Source: Asterionella formosa
Taxonomy: Eukaryota
Assembly: GCA_002256025.1 (NCBI GenBank)
Contig: NKIB01014934.1
Location: forward strand, 1 to 39,456
Length of the DNA stretch: 39,456 bases
Direction: 5' to 3'
Below, piece by piece: positions 10,091 to 22,558 of this stretch. Made by a program: the position numbers and the translations under genes. The notes beneath the pieces were generated by a model. The model saw only the letters and a program-made list of their open reading frames with translations. It did no database searches and was not told the origin of the DNA. Positions within the stretch are counted from its first letter, which is position 1, and each line of letters begins with the position of its first letter.

Positions 10091-10633
10091 ACAGGATATA
10101 TCTTTGGGCTGCTCTTATCATTTTTTCATGTGTCACAGAATTTTGAAATTTTTTCAAAATGTATCAGCAATGGTAACTCGATTTGAACTGAATTTCATTC
10201 ATTCCAAAAGTGACACTGTATCACTAATTTGTGATCACATTGTATCATGGAGTAACATGGATCTTCAATGGCAACAGGCTGGCAAAGATCATGTGTTTAT
10301 CCCTCCAGAAAATGATGATGGTCTTGATTTCAAGCAGCAACATAAAATATAACTACCGGTAAACTATATATATATCATATTAAAAACACAGCATTGCATC
10401 AATCATGCCGTTGGGGTAGTATACCGGTATTTCAATTCACGGACGACCGACAGGCAGACATCCGGTGTAAACGTTCTGCCTGGTAATAAATGTGCGTACA
10501 GAATCAGAGCAAGGTCGAGAGAGCCTCGTGGTACTCTGTAGCTTTTGAAATTACCTCACATCAATGATCCTCCCCTCTATCGTCGCTCATTTGTTGATCG
10601 GCTGTTCTAGTTCGTCGTGACCTTTGACTGTTG

Positions 10634-13600
10634 ATGACAATGACACCCGAAAGCATCTTTGTTGAGGAGTCTGATGTAGATTTATTGAGCGACTTGGTCT
10701 CTGGCAAAGCAGATCAGAATCGCATTGAAGCATGCTTCCTCCGATTTCAGAACGACGTTGAAGCAGACGCTTTGGTAGAGCAAGACTACTGGAAGGACAG
10801 GCTGAAAGAGCTCAGTCTTCTCGGTTTTCATGTGAAAGAATCGTTCGCTGCTCCAAGATCAATTACAGAGCCATCGGCCTATGTGCTTCCAGCAGAGTTT
10901 GACACTCCATCTGGCAAAAAGCACGTGCTGGCCATTGCGAAGCTGCTGCGCATTTCTAGTCATCGCGCTTTGACACTAACGCTCTCTGCGCTGCAAGAAG
11001 CGAGCGATAACACAGATTTGAGATCCACTCTAGGCACACAATCCTTTGTCAAGACGGTGGTGGAGTACAGCCATAGTCAACGAGCGGCGCGGCTACTGAT
11101 TCTAGCTGAATGCCTACGGATGGAACAAGACGTGGCATGTCCCATCTTTGTCTACCAACAATTAGAAAAGATAGATACATGCTACAAAATGGATAGTAAA
11201 AATCGAGGTCTGATGCGACGATTAATAAGTTTAGCCACCGCTCCAGACTCACGACCACGCCGTGATGAACTCCTGCCCTTGAAGGATATGTTGGGAAACG
11301 ACGATCAATTTGTCACATCCATGATGAAAGAGCCACCCAACTTGCGAGAATATGCCTTGGAGGCTTTGGTAGTACTGCTTTACTCTCGCGTCAAGGTATC
11401 GCGATGTGACGTGATTCTCCTGTTGCAGGCCTTTGCATCGTATCGTTGTTTCTTTACGGAATTGCCACAACGACAACGGAGATTGACCTTGTTATGTGGA
11501 TTGGTATGTGCAGAGTGCTTTTCACTTAGAAATGTGACAGGAACGAATTGGGTTGACGAACATCCCATCCTCGTAGGAATCTTGCATGGAACCGCGACTG
11601 CTCAAGATGAATTGGAAGCCATGCGTATTCTGATGCTAGAGTACTCAACCAACTTAGTTCAGCGTCGTGGGGCATTGTTGGCGGGCGTCTCAAATGCGCC
11701 AGAAATTATTGTTGACGCCCCTGAGTCTTTGGCCATATTGGCTTTTGGCTTGTTGCTACAATTGGCATATACATCGCTACCAACACCCAATGAAGAAATG
11801 TGTATGTATTGGCACAAATTCAAAGGCTTTTCTTGGGAATTTACTAAAACCGCATCAGAACTATTGGGTGCATTTGGATACTTAGATTCGACCATGCGAG
11901 GATTATTGATGGAAACCGATGCCAATGGTATAACAACTTATGAAGAAGCCATTCCTTATGATTGGCAATGGTCCATGCCAATTGCACCGACTGAAAACCA
12001 TGCAAACGTGAGCCACCTTGATGCGACGAAAGTTCTATATACCAATAGTATTGGATTAGAGTTGCTTTCCGCTATATTGAGCGCCTTTTCTGGATCCATT
12101 TTGACATGCACCGAAAATATAAGTATGCTCGCCAATCTAGCTGCTGTCATTTACTCAAATAATCCCATTATGTGTGAACCATTTTGGAAGGATTGTCAAA
12201 CTTTTGATGCATGTTCGAAGCTTCTTTCTCCTAACCAGCAAGTCGCTGCCTTGCTAAATGCTACATACATCCTTGCAGCAACTGCAATGAACCAAATAGA
12301 GGAACAAAGTTTGCCCTCGATAGCTCCCTTGATGCGACTTTTGTCTTCCCTTTGTTTCGATTCAGATAGTTCCTCCAGGGTCCTTGGGATGCTTCCCGTT
12401 GATCTGATAGAAAATTCACTCTTGTTGTCCGCACCCACCGGATACCTTGTGGATGAAGCTGGCTATAGCACTAGTGTGCGGGGGATCTTGGAGTCTATCT
12501 ATACTATTGCCATATTGGACAAAACAATGTTGCTACAAAAATCTTTGAAAGCCGAAGGACCGCGATTAGTTTACTCCATCTTGTCATCAACCAAAGAAGA
12601 AAATGTGAAAAACGTTTCTCTAAAGCTAATTGGTGCCTTGATGAGCGATGACTGGGCCATCAGCACATGTAAATTATTTGATCACGATACTCTGGAACAT
12701 TATTTTACTACCCCCAATCTGACGGTCCCTGCTGTTGATCTATTGTGTGTATTTATACATAGCATGTCATCAGCTGTGGTTAAATCACCTTCAGAAAAGG
12801 AAACACTGGGCTATCTCAATGTAATCCTGCGAAGCGTCTTGGATGCATGTAGCGTCTTCGCCATGTCAGTACTGTCAATTGGGACCAAGCGAAAGTCGGA
12901 CGCAGGCAACCCCTCTCTGCCGATCCTCCAGGCCCTCGCAAGCTTCATTCGTTCAATTCGTCAAATTATTATTCTCCACCCCTCCTCTACCATTCGTGCT
13001 GCAGCATCGGAATGCAGAAACGCATTGATTCAGACATTGGCAACCAACACACAGTTGGGGTGCGCATTGGCTCATTCGGCTTGCTCTCCAGTCATGATGA
13101 CTCTCGTCCTTGAACTTGAACTCGATTTTGCCGAAGCGAATCAATTGAATTTTGCGTCTAATGAATTTGCTGTTGACAAGGATACAAACCGGTTTGGAGC
13201 ATGGAGAAATTTGATAAGAAATGCATCGAAGTCAGACACGACTAAGCATGTCCGAATCCGATTTCATGAGCGACTCTTAAACATTCAGGGCATCAAGTTG
13301 GACACGGCTGCTGTGAGTGAACAAGGATGGGTGGACCATGATGTGGCTCAACTAGCAGCATCGGCAATTGAGATTTTGGGTCTTTGGGCCTTCCTTGTTG
13401 ACGACATACTGGCGGAACGTTTTGATCTCGTCGAACCCTTGCCACTTGATGCAATCACTTTCATCAAAAGTACCAGTCCGAATCGCCTCATCTTGAGTCG
13501 TGCTTTGTTGCCACCTCGTGTGGGCGCTACCAGCTCTCTCTCGATTTTTTGGCAGTCAGAGTCACTCTCGGTATTGGATATACTTTCAACAAGCATCTTT

Positions 13601-16600
13601 TGCAAATCCAATGTTTCCACTTGTTCGACGTTTGATCTACTGACGGTCTGTATCCAGCATGAAACTTCGGTGGGGGAACAAAATCCGGTCTTGCAGCGGG
13701 CTTTGGCGCCCAAGGGCCAACTAAGTCTGGTATTGTTTCACTCTTTGCATCAATGTTGCACTCTTCTGTCTGGGGGGACCATTGGCTCTTCAAACAGCGA
13801 GATGACGAAAATATTGAGTCAAGGAATCCGAACGCTCAACCTCTTGCAGGTTATTATCGTATCTCAAGTGTGTTCTCTGCAGTTTCTAACGGAAGGTACT
13901 GTTCTCGAATCGCTTAATAATATTGTGTTTACTGTCGCTGCATCCATGAAAATGTACGGCAGCTCGCTTCACCAACAATTGCTGGACGACGATGTCTTGT
14001 TAGTCAAGGTGAGGCTATTGTCGGAGATTCTTCACGCATTTACTATGGCACAGAAAATTGGACACTCCCCTGCAAGTTCACTTCCCACTATACTTTCAAG
14101 CAATTTCTCAAGCGCACCCTTCTTGAGTGATTTGAGTTCGATGGTCTCGACTATCGTATCGACCCACTCATCTGCCTCTGCTTTGGACCATCGTGCTTCG
14201 TCCATATTGAACAATGTTCTGTCTTACTGCTTTGACTTACTTGCTGCCGAAGCTGTTGATGAAATGAATAACAGCAAAATCAGAGACAAAGATAGGATCG
14301 CAACCAATGGCATCACTCAAAATTGCGGCTTGTCTGGTTTTGAATCTAACCATAATTCTCTTAACTTTCATGGGCCTGTCCTCGTATCCCAGGCCTTTGG
14401 AAGACTGGTATCAAGGACACAATCAATTGCAATCTTGTCACAGCCATCATCACTACAGGCTGCATTCCCTGTTTCAATCACAAGCAATTTTTTCCTGTTT
14501 AGCCATGGTACATGTGATGTAGTTGAAGCAATCTCTTGGTTTTCCAATCTGGATGCTTCCGAAGATTTCAGCGCCTTTATTAAGGATTTAGACATAGCCA
14601 ACTCACTACTAGTGAGTGAATTGGCTCTTGTATCCTCGTGGAGTCGAATTTCTCAGGTATTTTCGCTTGCGAGTTGTTTCTCCACTATTGCTACTGTATC
14701 TTGTGTGATTGAGCAATACTGCCAGAACTGTAAAGGACTAGAAGAAGCTATGTTACAAGAAAACGAGTCAAGAGTTTTGGCTACCATTTTGATGTGTGAT
14801 TCCTTTTCCTCAGTACTGGTTTCCCATTTTCAACAATTTGAATCAACTACACCCTCAAGGCAATCATATGAGCTCTTGGCAATGCTCACCTCAACACTCG
14901 AGAAGCAAATGGCACTGTCTGCTTCAAGGAGTGTCATCTCTGTCAATCTTCAAGTCAAATTATCAGAAACCTTGTGCACATCACAGCAGCGACTGTTGAC
15001 TTGCTGTACATCGTTGATTATGACTATGCAGAGAAATAACTGTGACATGAACGAGAACCAAAACATGTTGCTCAGGTTGATGGACATCACTGGGGCATGT
15101 GTAGTTCATGCGATTCAGGCAAGCGACAATCCAAAAATGTTGTCACCAGCTCGGAATCTCTGCTGTGCTGCGATGTCATTTTTGACCCTTTGTATTTCTG
15201 TTAGCAGCGGAAGGCCATCGTTTTACGCTGGTGCAGCTGAAGCAATGGAATTGCATGGGACAGTCAAACACTTGATTGTGAGGGCATCAAGCGAAGAATT
15301 TGAGAAGGACGATGCTCGCGCCATTCATTTTTTAAATGCTACCCTCCAGTTCATCTTGATCATTGCCGAAGCTGGAAATTCTTCGCCAGGAATGGCTAGC
15401 TTGCTCATTGACCACCAGCTTCCAAAACTGCTTGTGTCTTGCCCACTCAGGATCAGTGAGAGTCGCAGATGGTCGGAGAATGCCAAACTTGGAAACGAAG
15501 GCATGAGATACCGTGGTTATATACCAAGCGCAAAAGTTTCAAAAGCAGTTGCCAAAGTTGAAGGCATTACATTAGAAACCGATAGACTTCTATTAAGTGG
15601 GAAAGACGACCCTCTGCATGCTTTGTGGGTTGATGCAATTGTGGTGGTGCGAACCCTCGCAAGGATGAAATCAATTATAATTGCCGACCCCAACAAGAGG
15701 AGATTTTTTGTGAACATAGCTATTGATTTTGTCACTACACACAAATCCACTCTTCTATCATGTTTACATCACTGTCACTCATCAACGTCGGAGTCAGTAA
15801 CAGTTCTCACTTACAATATTGTCAGAGAAGCTACAGAAGTATTCTCGCTCGTTACTGAGCTGTGCAATATAGCAAATAAGGATTTGTTTGAATGCTCTTG
15901 TCCCGAGCTATACAGGGAATTTGTGCTAGCCGCAAAGTCAGTGGTTGGAAGCATTTCGATGTTCCTGGGTTCCTCTGGAACAGCACGGGAATTGTTCTCG
16001 TTGCTGGCCAAAATTGACTCCTTGACAGGCCAGGACAACCAAAGCAACCAATATGATCAGCCTCAAGAAATTCACCTCTCATTTTCATCTGGAAGTCCAA
16101 GTGACCGACACGAGGCTATCCGAAATGCTCATCTGGCACGCCGGTGCTATGCACTTGTGACAAAGAGTGAGTATGATGCTTCCTCGATTGAGAACCTAGC
16201 CCAAGGGAAGTCTTCTCAATTTTCAGCAGCGACACTTGAGCAAAGTTGCCAAAAGGCAGTAAATAGCCCCTTTAATCTCAAAATGGAGCATGCTGCTGCG
16301 TTGTGCTTATCGTATGCCATTTCAATTCTCTGGAAAACACATCCCATCTCATCTGGTTTCATTATGTTTACGGAAGAAGAATCTCAGCAGCTCAACGCAA
16401 TGGCACTTGTCAAGCCCGGAATGATAGTTGCTCTTCGGGATAATGCCAGGTTAGGTAGCATACAATTTGCACGTGTTCAAAGCATTGACACAGTGAAGCG
16501 GACTTGGAATGTCAGTTATTTGCATTCTGAGTTATCGCAACCTTTGGGTGATATCCACGATGTAGTGGTTCATGCCGCTCAACTGGCTGGAATGGAGGAT

Positions 16601-17131
16601 CTGATGAAACGAAAAACAATCCTGAAATATGTTCCCGCTCCTGATTCTGCAATCGAACTAGAAAATGGGGGACCTGGTCGGAACTTGGCTTGTGTTGGCC
16701 ACCTGATAATTGCTCTGAGATGGTGTTACCAACATGAAGGTGAGGGTCCTTTTCGCGACTTACTTGTGCGTCGTTCCCTTGCTGCAGGTGCATCCATGCT
16801 GTTGAGCACTGAAATTTCTCTTCACAAGGAACTTGGGACTACCAGAAGGTTTCAAACCAATGAGGATATGAAACGTGTGAACCAACAACTGTATCACATC
16901 TTTGATACTTCTTGTTTAGAAGTGCAAGGGGATTTGTCCCAAAGCATGCATCAAGAACACATCGGGAGACTCCAAAAACTAATAGGTTTGGCAACTTGGA
17001 ATGGGATTCAACAGCAGCTTTGGAGCCAAATAGATTCTGCAAGGGAGGCCAAGCAACAAGAACAAGAGCAAAGAAAAGCAGCACTACTCAGTTCAAACCC
17101 ATGGCTTCATGGGGTCAGGAGTCCTTTCTAA
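10634..17131 (+). CDS. Large intronless Leu/Ser/Ala-rich alpha-solenoid protein, ~2165 aa; possibly nucleoporin Nup188/Nup205 family
   Basis: Uninterrupted 6.5-kb ORF (first ATG 10634) with a helical repeat-like pattern. Size and the N-terminal segment VVEYSHSQRAARLLILAECLR resemble the 'YY.ER..LL..L' segment of Nup188/205. The coding call is secure; the family call is tentative. Confidence 0.55.
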   Translation: MTMTPESIFVEESDVDLLSDLVSGKADQNRIEACFLRFQNDVEADALVEQDYWKDRLKELSLLGFHVKESFAAPRSITEPSAYVLPAEFDTPSGKKHVLAIAKLLRISSHRALTLTLSALQEASDNTDLRSTLGTQSFVKTVVEYSHSQRAARLLILAECLRMEQDVACPIFVYQQLEKIDTCYKMDSKNRGLMRRLISLATAPDSRPRRDELLPLKDMLGNDDQFVTSMMKEPPNLREYALEALVVLLYSRVKVSRCDVILLLQAFASYRCFFTELPQRQRRLTLLCGLVCAECFSLRNVTGTNWVDEHPILVGILHGTATAQDELEAMRILMLEYSTNLVQRRGALLAGVSNAPEIIVDAPESLAILAFGLLLQLAYTSLPTPNEEMCMYWHKFKGFSWEFTKTASELLGAFGYLDSTMRGLLMETDANGITTYEEAIPYDWQWSMPIAPTENHANVSHLDATKVLYTNSIGLELLSAILSAFSGSILTCTENISMLANLAAVIYSNNPIMCEPFWKDCQTFDACSKLLSPNQQVAALLNATYILAATAMNQIEEQSLPSIAPLMRLLSSLCFDSDSSSRVLGMLPVDLIENSLLLSAPTGYLVDEAGYSTSVRGILESIYTIAILDKTMLLQKSLKAEGPRLVYSILSSTKEENVKNVSLKLIGALMSDDWAISTCKLFDHDTLEHYFTTPNLTVPAVDLLCVFIHSMSSAVVKSPSEKETLGYLNVILRSVLDACSVFAMSVLSIGTKRKSDAGNPSLPILQALASFIRSIRQIIILHPSSTIRAAASECRNALIQTLATNTQLGCALAHSACSPVMMTLVLELELDFAEANQLNFASNEFAVDKDTNRFGAWRNLIRNASKSDTTKHVRIRFHERLLNIQGIKLDTAAVSEQGWVDHDVAQLAASAIEILGLWAFLVDDILAERFDLVEPLPLDAITFIKSTSPNRLILSRALLPPRVGATSSLSIFWQSESLSVLDILSTSIFCKSNVSTCSTFDLLTVCIQHETSVGEQNPVLQRALAPKGQLSLVLFHSLHQCCTLLSGGTIGSSNSEMTKILSQGIRTLNLLQVIIVSQVCSLQFLTEGTVLESLNNIVFTVAASMKMYGSSLHQQLLDDDVLLVKVRLLSEILHAFTMAQKIGHSPASSLPTILSSNFSSAPFLSDLSSMVSTIVSTHSSASALDHRASSILNNVLSYCFDLLAAEAVDEMNNSKIRDKDRIATNGITQNCGLSGFESNHNSLNFHGPVLVSQAFGRLVSRTQSIAILSQPSSLQAAFPVSITSNFFLFSHGTCDVVEAISWFSNLDASEDFSAFIKDLDIANSLLVSELALVSSWSRISQVFSLASCFSTIATVSCVIEQYCQNCKGLEEAMLQENESRVLATILMCDSFSSVLVSHFQQFESTTPSRQSYELLAMLTSTLEKQMALSASRSVISVNLQVKLSETLCTSQQRLLTCCTSLIMTMQRNNCDMNENQNMLLRLMDITGACVVHAIQASDNPKMLSPARNLCCAAMSFLTLCISVSSGRPSFYAGAAEAMELHGTVKHLIVRASSEEFEKDDARAIHFLNATLQFILIIAEAGNSSPGMASLLIDHQLPKLLVSCPLRISESRRWSENAKLGNEGMRYRGYIPSAKVSKAVAKVEGITLETDRLLLSGKDDPLHALWVDAIVVVRTLARMKSIIIADPNKRRFFVNIAIDFVTTHKSTLLSCLHHCHSSTSESVTVLTYNIVREATEVFSLVTELCNIANKDLFECSCPELYREFVLAAKSVVGSISMFLGSSGTARELFSLLAKIDSLTGQDNQSNQYDQPQEIHLSFSSGSPSDRHEAIRNAHLARRCYALVTKSEYDASSIENLAQGKSSQFSAATLEQSCQKAVNSPFNLKMEHAAALCLSYAISILWKTHPISSGFIMFTEEESQQLNAMALVKPGMIVALRDNARLGSIQFARVQSIDTVKRTWNVSYLHSELSQPLGDIHDVVVHAAQLAGMEDLMKRKTILKYVPAPDSAIELENGGPGRNLACVGHLIIALRWCYQHEGEGPFRDLLVRRSLAAGASMLLSTEISLHKELGTTRRFQTNEDMKRVNQQLYHIFDTSCLEVQGDLSQSMHQEHIGRLQKLIGLATWNGIQQQLWSQIDSAREAKQQEQEQRKAALLSSNPWLHGVRSPF

Positions 17132-19135
17132 CTAAATTAGCACAACAATCTTGCAACATGAAAGGGTCTAGTCATTACAACCATACTATTTGCATTGCAA
17201 TGCTCTCCATGCTATAAATTAATTAGAGGGTGGTTATAAGTTTCATTTCTGCTTGTGGTGAATTCACAAATAAATCTTGCTATGGGCATTCATTGTCATT
17301 ATTCAAGCTCGTCTTTGGATGGGAAGCAGAATACTTCTGCTGCTGAAAGGGAGAATTCAAACGCACTAATATTCCTAAATTCAGAACTGGTTATGTCTTG
17401 TTGATTGATGCTATTTCGGCATTTTTGTGATTTCAATTGATAATTAGATATAAGTACCAGTAGTTTGATCTCTCATTTTTAGGTGTTGTCAATGTCAAAG
17501 GCAGGACCTTGCTTTTTGAATTGCTATTTCGACATGATCAATTTTATGGCAATTCTGTTTACAATAGGTCTGCCATCACCATGTAGTTAAGATTTTTTGG
17601 TGTGGATGTACCATCACGTTCCCGTTATCGGCGACATCCATCATAACGGGATACGTTTGTGTGCCCCTTGGTATTTTATGTACATGAGCGAACAAAGAGC
17701 CACATTTTTACTCCTGGACCTACCGGTATATCATCAAATGATGATGGACATATGGACAAAGAAAGGGCTTTATGTTCTGTATTTTTACTAAGTACTGTTT
17801 TTGGTGTTCTCATCGTAGTTCTCATCGACCCACAAAACGTGACACCATTTTTCTATTGATGGTTCAGGCAATGGCTGGACGAAGGATTTGGGGTTCGCTT
17901 CCCCAAAATGTATCTTTGTCACGGTCCACCTCAAGAATGCTTCCCTGTGGAACCAATGCTGATGCAATAAAGTGCGATGAACGCACGATGTATTAATTTA
18001 AAATGGTATGTCATGGAGCTTATCACGGATGACGACTCTCGTCGGTATTATGGCCCTTACTTGGCCCCGCATCGTTGCCTTGCTTGTTGGTGATCCAACC
18101 CTTTAGCTGACAACAGGAATCTGTAAACGACGAGCTCGCCATCAAGCGACTATTCCCGCTCATCTACAGCCAAGTCTGGACTTCCACTTCCATACTTGTT
18201 CAATATGGCACTTGGAGCATGACATCCAAAATGCCGTCGCCAGTCCTCAAGACTGTAGATCTCTCTATCAAGGAAGTGAGTTATGCTGGACTGAATGTTT
18301 TGCTTCAATGGCGTTACTTCTACTACTATGCGTGCTGTCCGCGCTCCGACTTGATACTTCGTTTCAATTGATTCAAGATCCAACGGCAATTGCAACTGTC
18401 ATGGGCAGGCAGTTTCAAATGCAAGTCTGTATTTCTGTTGTTGTAGATCGTACTCTTTCAATGATCCCATAAAATGCCGCGTAGTTACCGAGGATGCGAA
18501 ACTGAAATGCCCGGTCATCATTACGCACAATGAGCTACGCCTATTCCTAGGGAAACTACAGCATACGCGCCAACCTATGATTTTTTACACATTGGAACCA
18601 GCGTTCTGGGAAAGACTATAACCACGAAAGGAAGCAGATTTTCTTATTGTGAAAACAAAACTCGTCCTCACGGATGGATCCACGTCGAAGTATTTCTCGG
18701 TATCTGGTATCAATATACCGGTACCATGAGTCTTTCTTGATTTTATACATTTCAATGCACCCCATCGTGCTGGCCATGATGGTGCGCAATCTGACTAAAT
18801 TCGCAACGTAGCAAGGTTGCGGTCTGCTGATCTCCCGTTTTTGACAGCAGCTATCCGCCAGTGAATGTGACGTCATACTTCGAACACGGATAATTCCGAC
18901 AGCCAATAATACTAAGTCGTGACAAAACAAGTCTTTGGTCGGAGTTCGACTGCGATACTTCTTCGTAATTGATTCCTGACTAAAAGTACAGTAAACATTC
19001 TACAGAAATATCCACTATTGCGGAGAATGAGAATTCTACACAAATAACCCCTCAAAATCTATCCGGCTCCCTGACTGTGTTCTGACAAGCTGAGTGTCAC
19101 CAAACAGAACTTGCATACTATTTCTTTACTGGGCA

Positions 19136-21230
19136 ATGCCGTCATCAACGGTATCGTCTGTGACGAGTGGGGACTCGATGGACGGCGTTATGTCCCCGTC
19201 GACGCCTTCATCAAGTATGGAAACGATAGAAAGGAAGAGAGCACGGAAAAATGCCATTAGCACAGCTTCAAGCAAACGTTTTGTCTCGACAAGATTATTT
19301 GATGGGTCCAGCAGTATGATGTCTACGGCCGTTCTAAAAAAATTGAACGGCAAGGTTCCATCAACAGCGCAGACTGCCGGAGTACCCGTACCCATGTCGC
19401 TCGCAGGCTGCTGTTCACCTACTCTCCCATTAGATGGAGGCCTTGCTAATGGTCCAATTTTTGCAATGCCGTGCCCTAGCAATCAGAGTGTTGCTCAACT
19501 TCACCCTCAAATGATTTTTGGAGCATTAGTGACTTCAGGATTGACGGATGCACCACCGACTCAACTCTTTTCCAGTTTTCCACTCAAAAATTCTTGCAGA
19601 AAGCATTCTCCCATTGATCGATTGCAGCGCAGGTGAGTCATTGACCCGTGCTCAGGGTTACTCTCAACTCATTTTTTTCGCTCTTTCATACGTGGTGTCT
19701 TTCTCGCCTTTACGTCGGGAAGGGCAGCTGCTGAGGGTTACATATCTTCTTCGTTGCATATATGTGTCGCTATATACATAAGAATTCGTTTGCCTTGTTC
19801 GTTGTCGCGGTGTTCCAGTACCAGGTACCCATGGATATCGTGACATCACGGTAAATTTCGTTTATCCAATCAAATCGCTCAGTTGATGTTCCAACTGCAA
19901 CTGTGATGTCATATATACCTTTTTCTTCATGCATTAAGTCATATTTCAGCGGTAATTGCCTTCGTCTAAGAACACGCGTCGCCCTTCTTTGCCAGCTGGC
20001 TGGCTTTTCTTCGCCTTTCATGGTGATGTACTAAGTACATATATACACAAAATGATTTTGTGGTATCTCCTTGTAATTGATGTTACTTTTGGCTGGTGGA
20101 TGGAGGACGAATATTGATGGTGAAATGCCAAATCACCGACCACAACAAACGTATATTTGCTCACCCTATATGCTATCCTTCTGAACATGCTTTCTCGTAT
20201 CTTTCTAACCTCTTCTGCTAGTCGTGAACGCAACAGAATGCACGCCAGAAAAACTCGCCAGCGAAAGAAGGAGCATACTCAGGTGCTGCAGGGCCGAGCT
20301 GATGAGCTAAAACACGAACAGATTCGATTAAGGCAGGTCATCAACGAGAAACAAACCGCCAATATTCTAGTTGGTCTCTTTGCTTCGGCTGACACCAAAC
20401 TAGACACGATGGATGACCCGAAAATCGAGGCGCTCTTGAGGAGACCAGTCGAGGACATCCCGGACGCTACCAAGATCCCTGAACTACCAGCGTTGATTCT
20501 TCCCGGTCATCATAATACAACTCGACCCCGTGCTTCGACCTCTTGTTCTGAAAAGCCAGAGAACAAGCAGCCTCAGCATATCCTACCAAGCATTGAAAGA
20601 CTGGATAGCATTCCAGACGATGGCATTGACTATGACCTGCTCGGAAAGGATCGTTCCAAATGTACTCCCCAAGAATTGGACCGGATTCGCCGTGAGAGAA
20701 ATCGTATGCATGCCAAGCGTACTCGTGATCGAAAGCGCCTGTTCATGGACGAGATGGAAGAATTGATTAAAGCATTGGAGGATGAGAACAAAATGTTGGT
20801 TAATTATCTTTCCAAGCTTGGCAATGAGATGATTTCCTACACTGCCAGCGAGACGCCAACAGCAGCATTGGTCTCTCCCTCTTTGGCCCCTGTCGCTCCC
20901 AATTCCAATGGCCAATCCCCCTCTCCTTCGTTTTTGAACAAGGCAGATTTTGGTCGTACTGACGCGTCACAGGTCGTTGGTCAACTCAAATCACTTCTTG
21001 CCGCTGCGGGTGCATTTGAACAAATGAGGGACACCCAAAACACCATGGATCTATTATCATCTGCTGCTACTGCTGTATCTGTTTCTGCAGATGTTTCAGG
21101 TAACTCGTGCTGCTCCGATCACGACTCGGAATACACTCAGCCCAAACGACAAAGGCTTATGGTGACACCCATCCCTATGTCTGTGGTCCCTTCGTCCATT
21201 ACAACAACTACTGCAACTGTTGGATGCTAG
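19136..21230 (+). CDS. Transcription factor with two bZIP domains; exons 19136-19632 and 20222-21230, ~501 aa
   Basis: Donor AG|GTGAGT at 19632/19633 and acceptor ttctaac...ctgctag|T at 20221/20222 join in phase 2, giving DRLQRSRERNRMHARKTRQRKK plus a zipper. The second basic region is RIRRERNRMHAKRTRDRKR plus a zipper (MDEMEELIKALEDENKML). Confidence 0.9.
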
Positions 21231-22558
21231 TTTGTTTTGATTACGCAAGGTTTTTCCCGAGAATGCTGGCTCGAGATCTTACATTCATTTATTTATCTTA
21301 CATTCATTTTATTGTCGCACGCTTCTTCATCGGCAAGCCGGGCCCATAAAAGGCTTTCTACAATTTCGAAAGGAACTCATTGTTTTAAGCTGCTCAGTTT
21401 GTATCATTATTTCATGTATCACATTCAACACACTCACTACTCCATACCATTCCCGTCGTTCAAACCATTATCATGTATTTTTATTACGGTCCTTTCTTAT
21501 CATACAGCCATTGTGGCAAGCGAAGACTGCGGGCCGTGAAAAACTTCCAGCGATGTTATCCTTGTATCCCCTACCATGAACATGAACTGCATCCTCGTCC
21601 TGCAATGGTCACAATATCACGTGTGACATACACCAATGATGTGACCATCAAAGCAGATCACTAATGGTGCATTGAAGTAGCAAGCATCAATCGGGTTTTT
21701 GATGCTCCGCTCTTCTTTATGTTCTGTAGACACATCCACACCATAAACACATCATCACATTCACAACATTGTCTTGTTCTATTTTTTGTTTTCTTCACGA
21801 CCATGTGATTTCAAGCTACGAAAGCGTGCCATTTGATGTCGAGATAGGCCATTTTAGTTTAGGAAGGTGAAGGCAAAATACAGAATAATTGTACAGCCGC
21901 TCACATCCATTCTTCACGACACACATTATACCGAACAATATAATGCTGCAAGAAAATTTAGGTACTTTTTGCCCTTCCTCATGTAGACACGAACACCACA
22001 AGTCGCATCCAAGAAGGAAGGAAGCAAACACTAGTCTACTGTGGAGATGTTATTGTACAATCCATGTTGCAAATGATTCCAACGACCGTGAATTTCCAAA
22101 AATTTTGGGACCAGTCCATTAGCAATTATCATAAGGTGTATGGTAAGAGGCTTCGCGCCGAGAAGATTAAAGAATAATAATATCTTTTAGTGATGTGGCC
22201 CATTAAAGGTGCAAAAATTCTTTATAGATGCTATTATATTTAGTCATGTTGTGACAACTATCAAGGCGGCCTTGTATCGATCGTCAACAAATCCCAATTG
22301 AGGGAGAGTTGATTGATACCCGTTTTCAACTGTGGTGCATCTTTCTGGTACATTGAAACCAGAACTCATCAGCGGTAATGCTTACAAACACTACTATGCT
22401 CGATCCTGAAATAGGTTGTCAATATAGATCACATTAGTGAGACAATGATTCCAGAGGTAAACTTCCATATTAAAAAATGTGATAGCACGACGGGACGTAC
22501 GATGCTTCCTAACCACAATTTGCAGTCTTGGCTTCGGCCTTTTGCGTATTTGTGCAAG

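Noticed and set aside
17590..18480. Several short ORFs and coding-like sequence between the large gene and the bZIP gene
   Set aside because: Stops occur in all frames and I recognise no motif. It may be a decayed gene but cannot be supported without a homology search.
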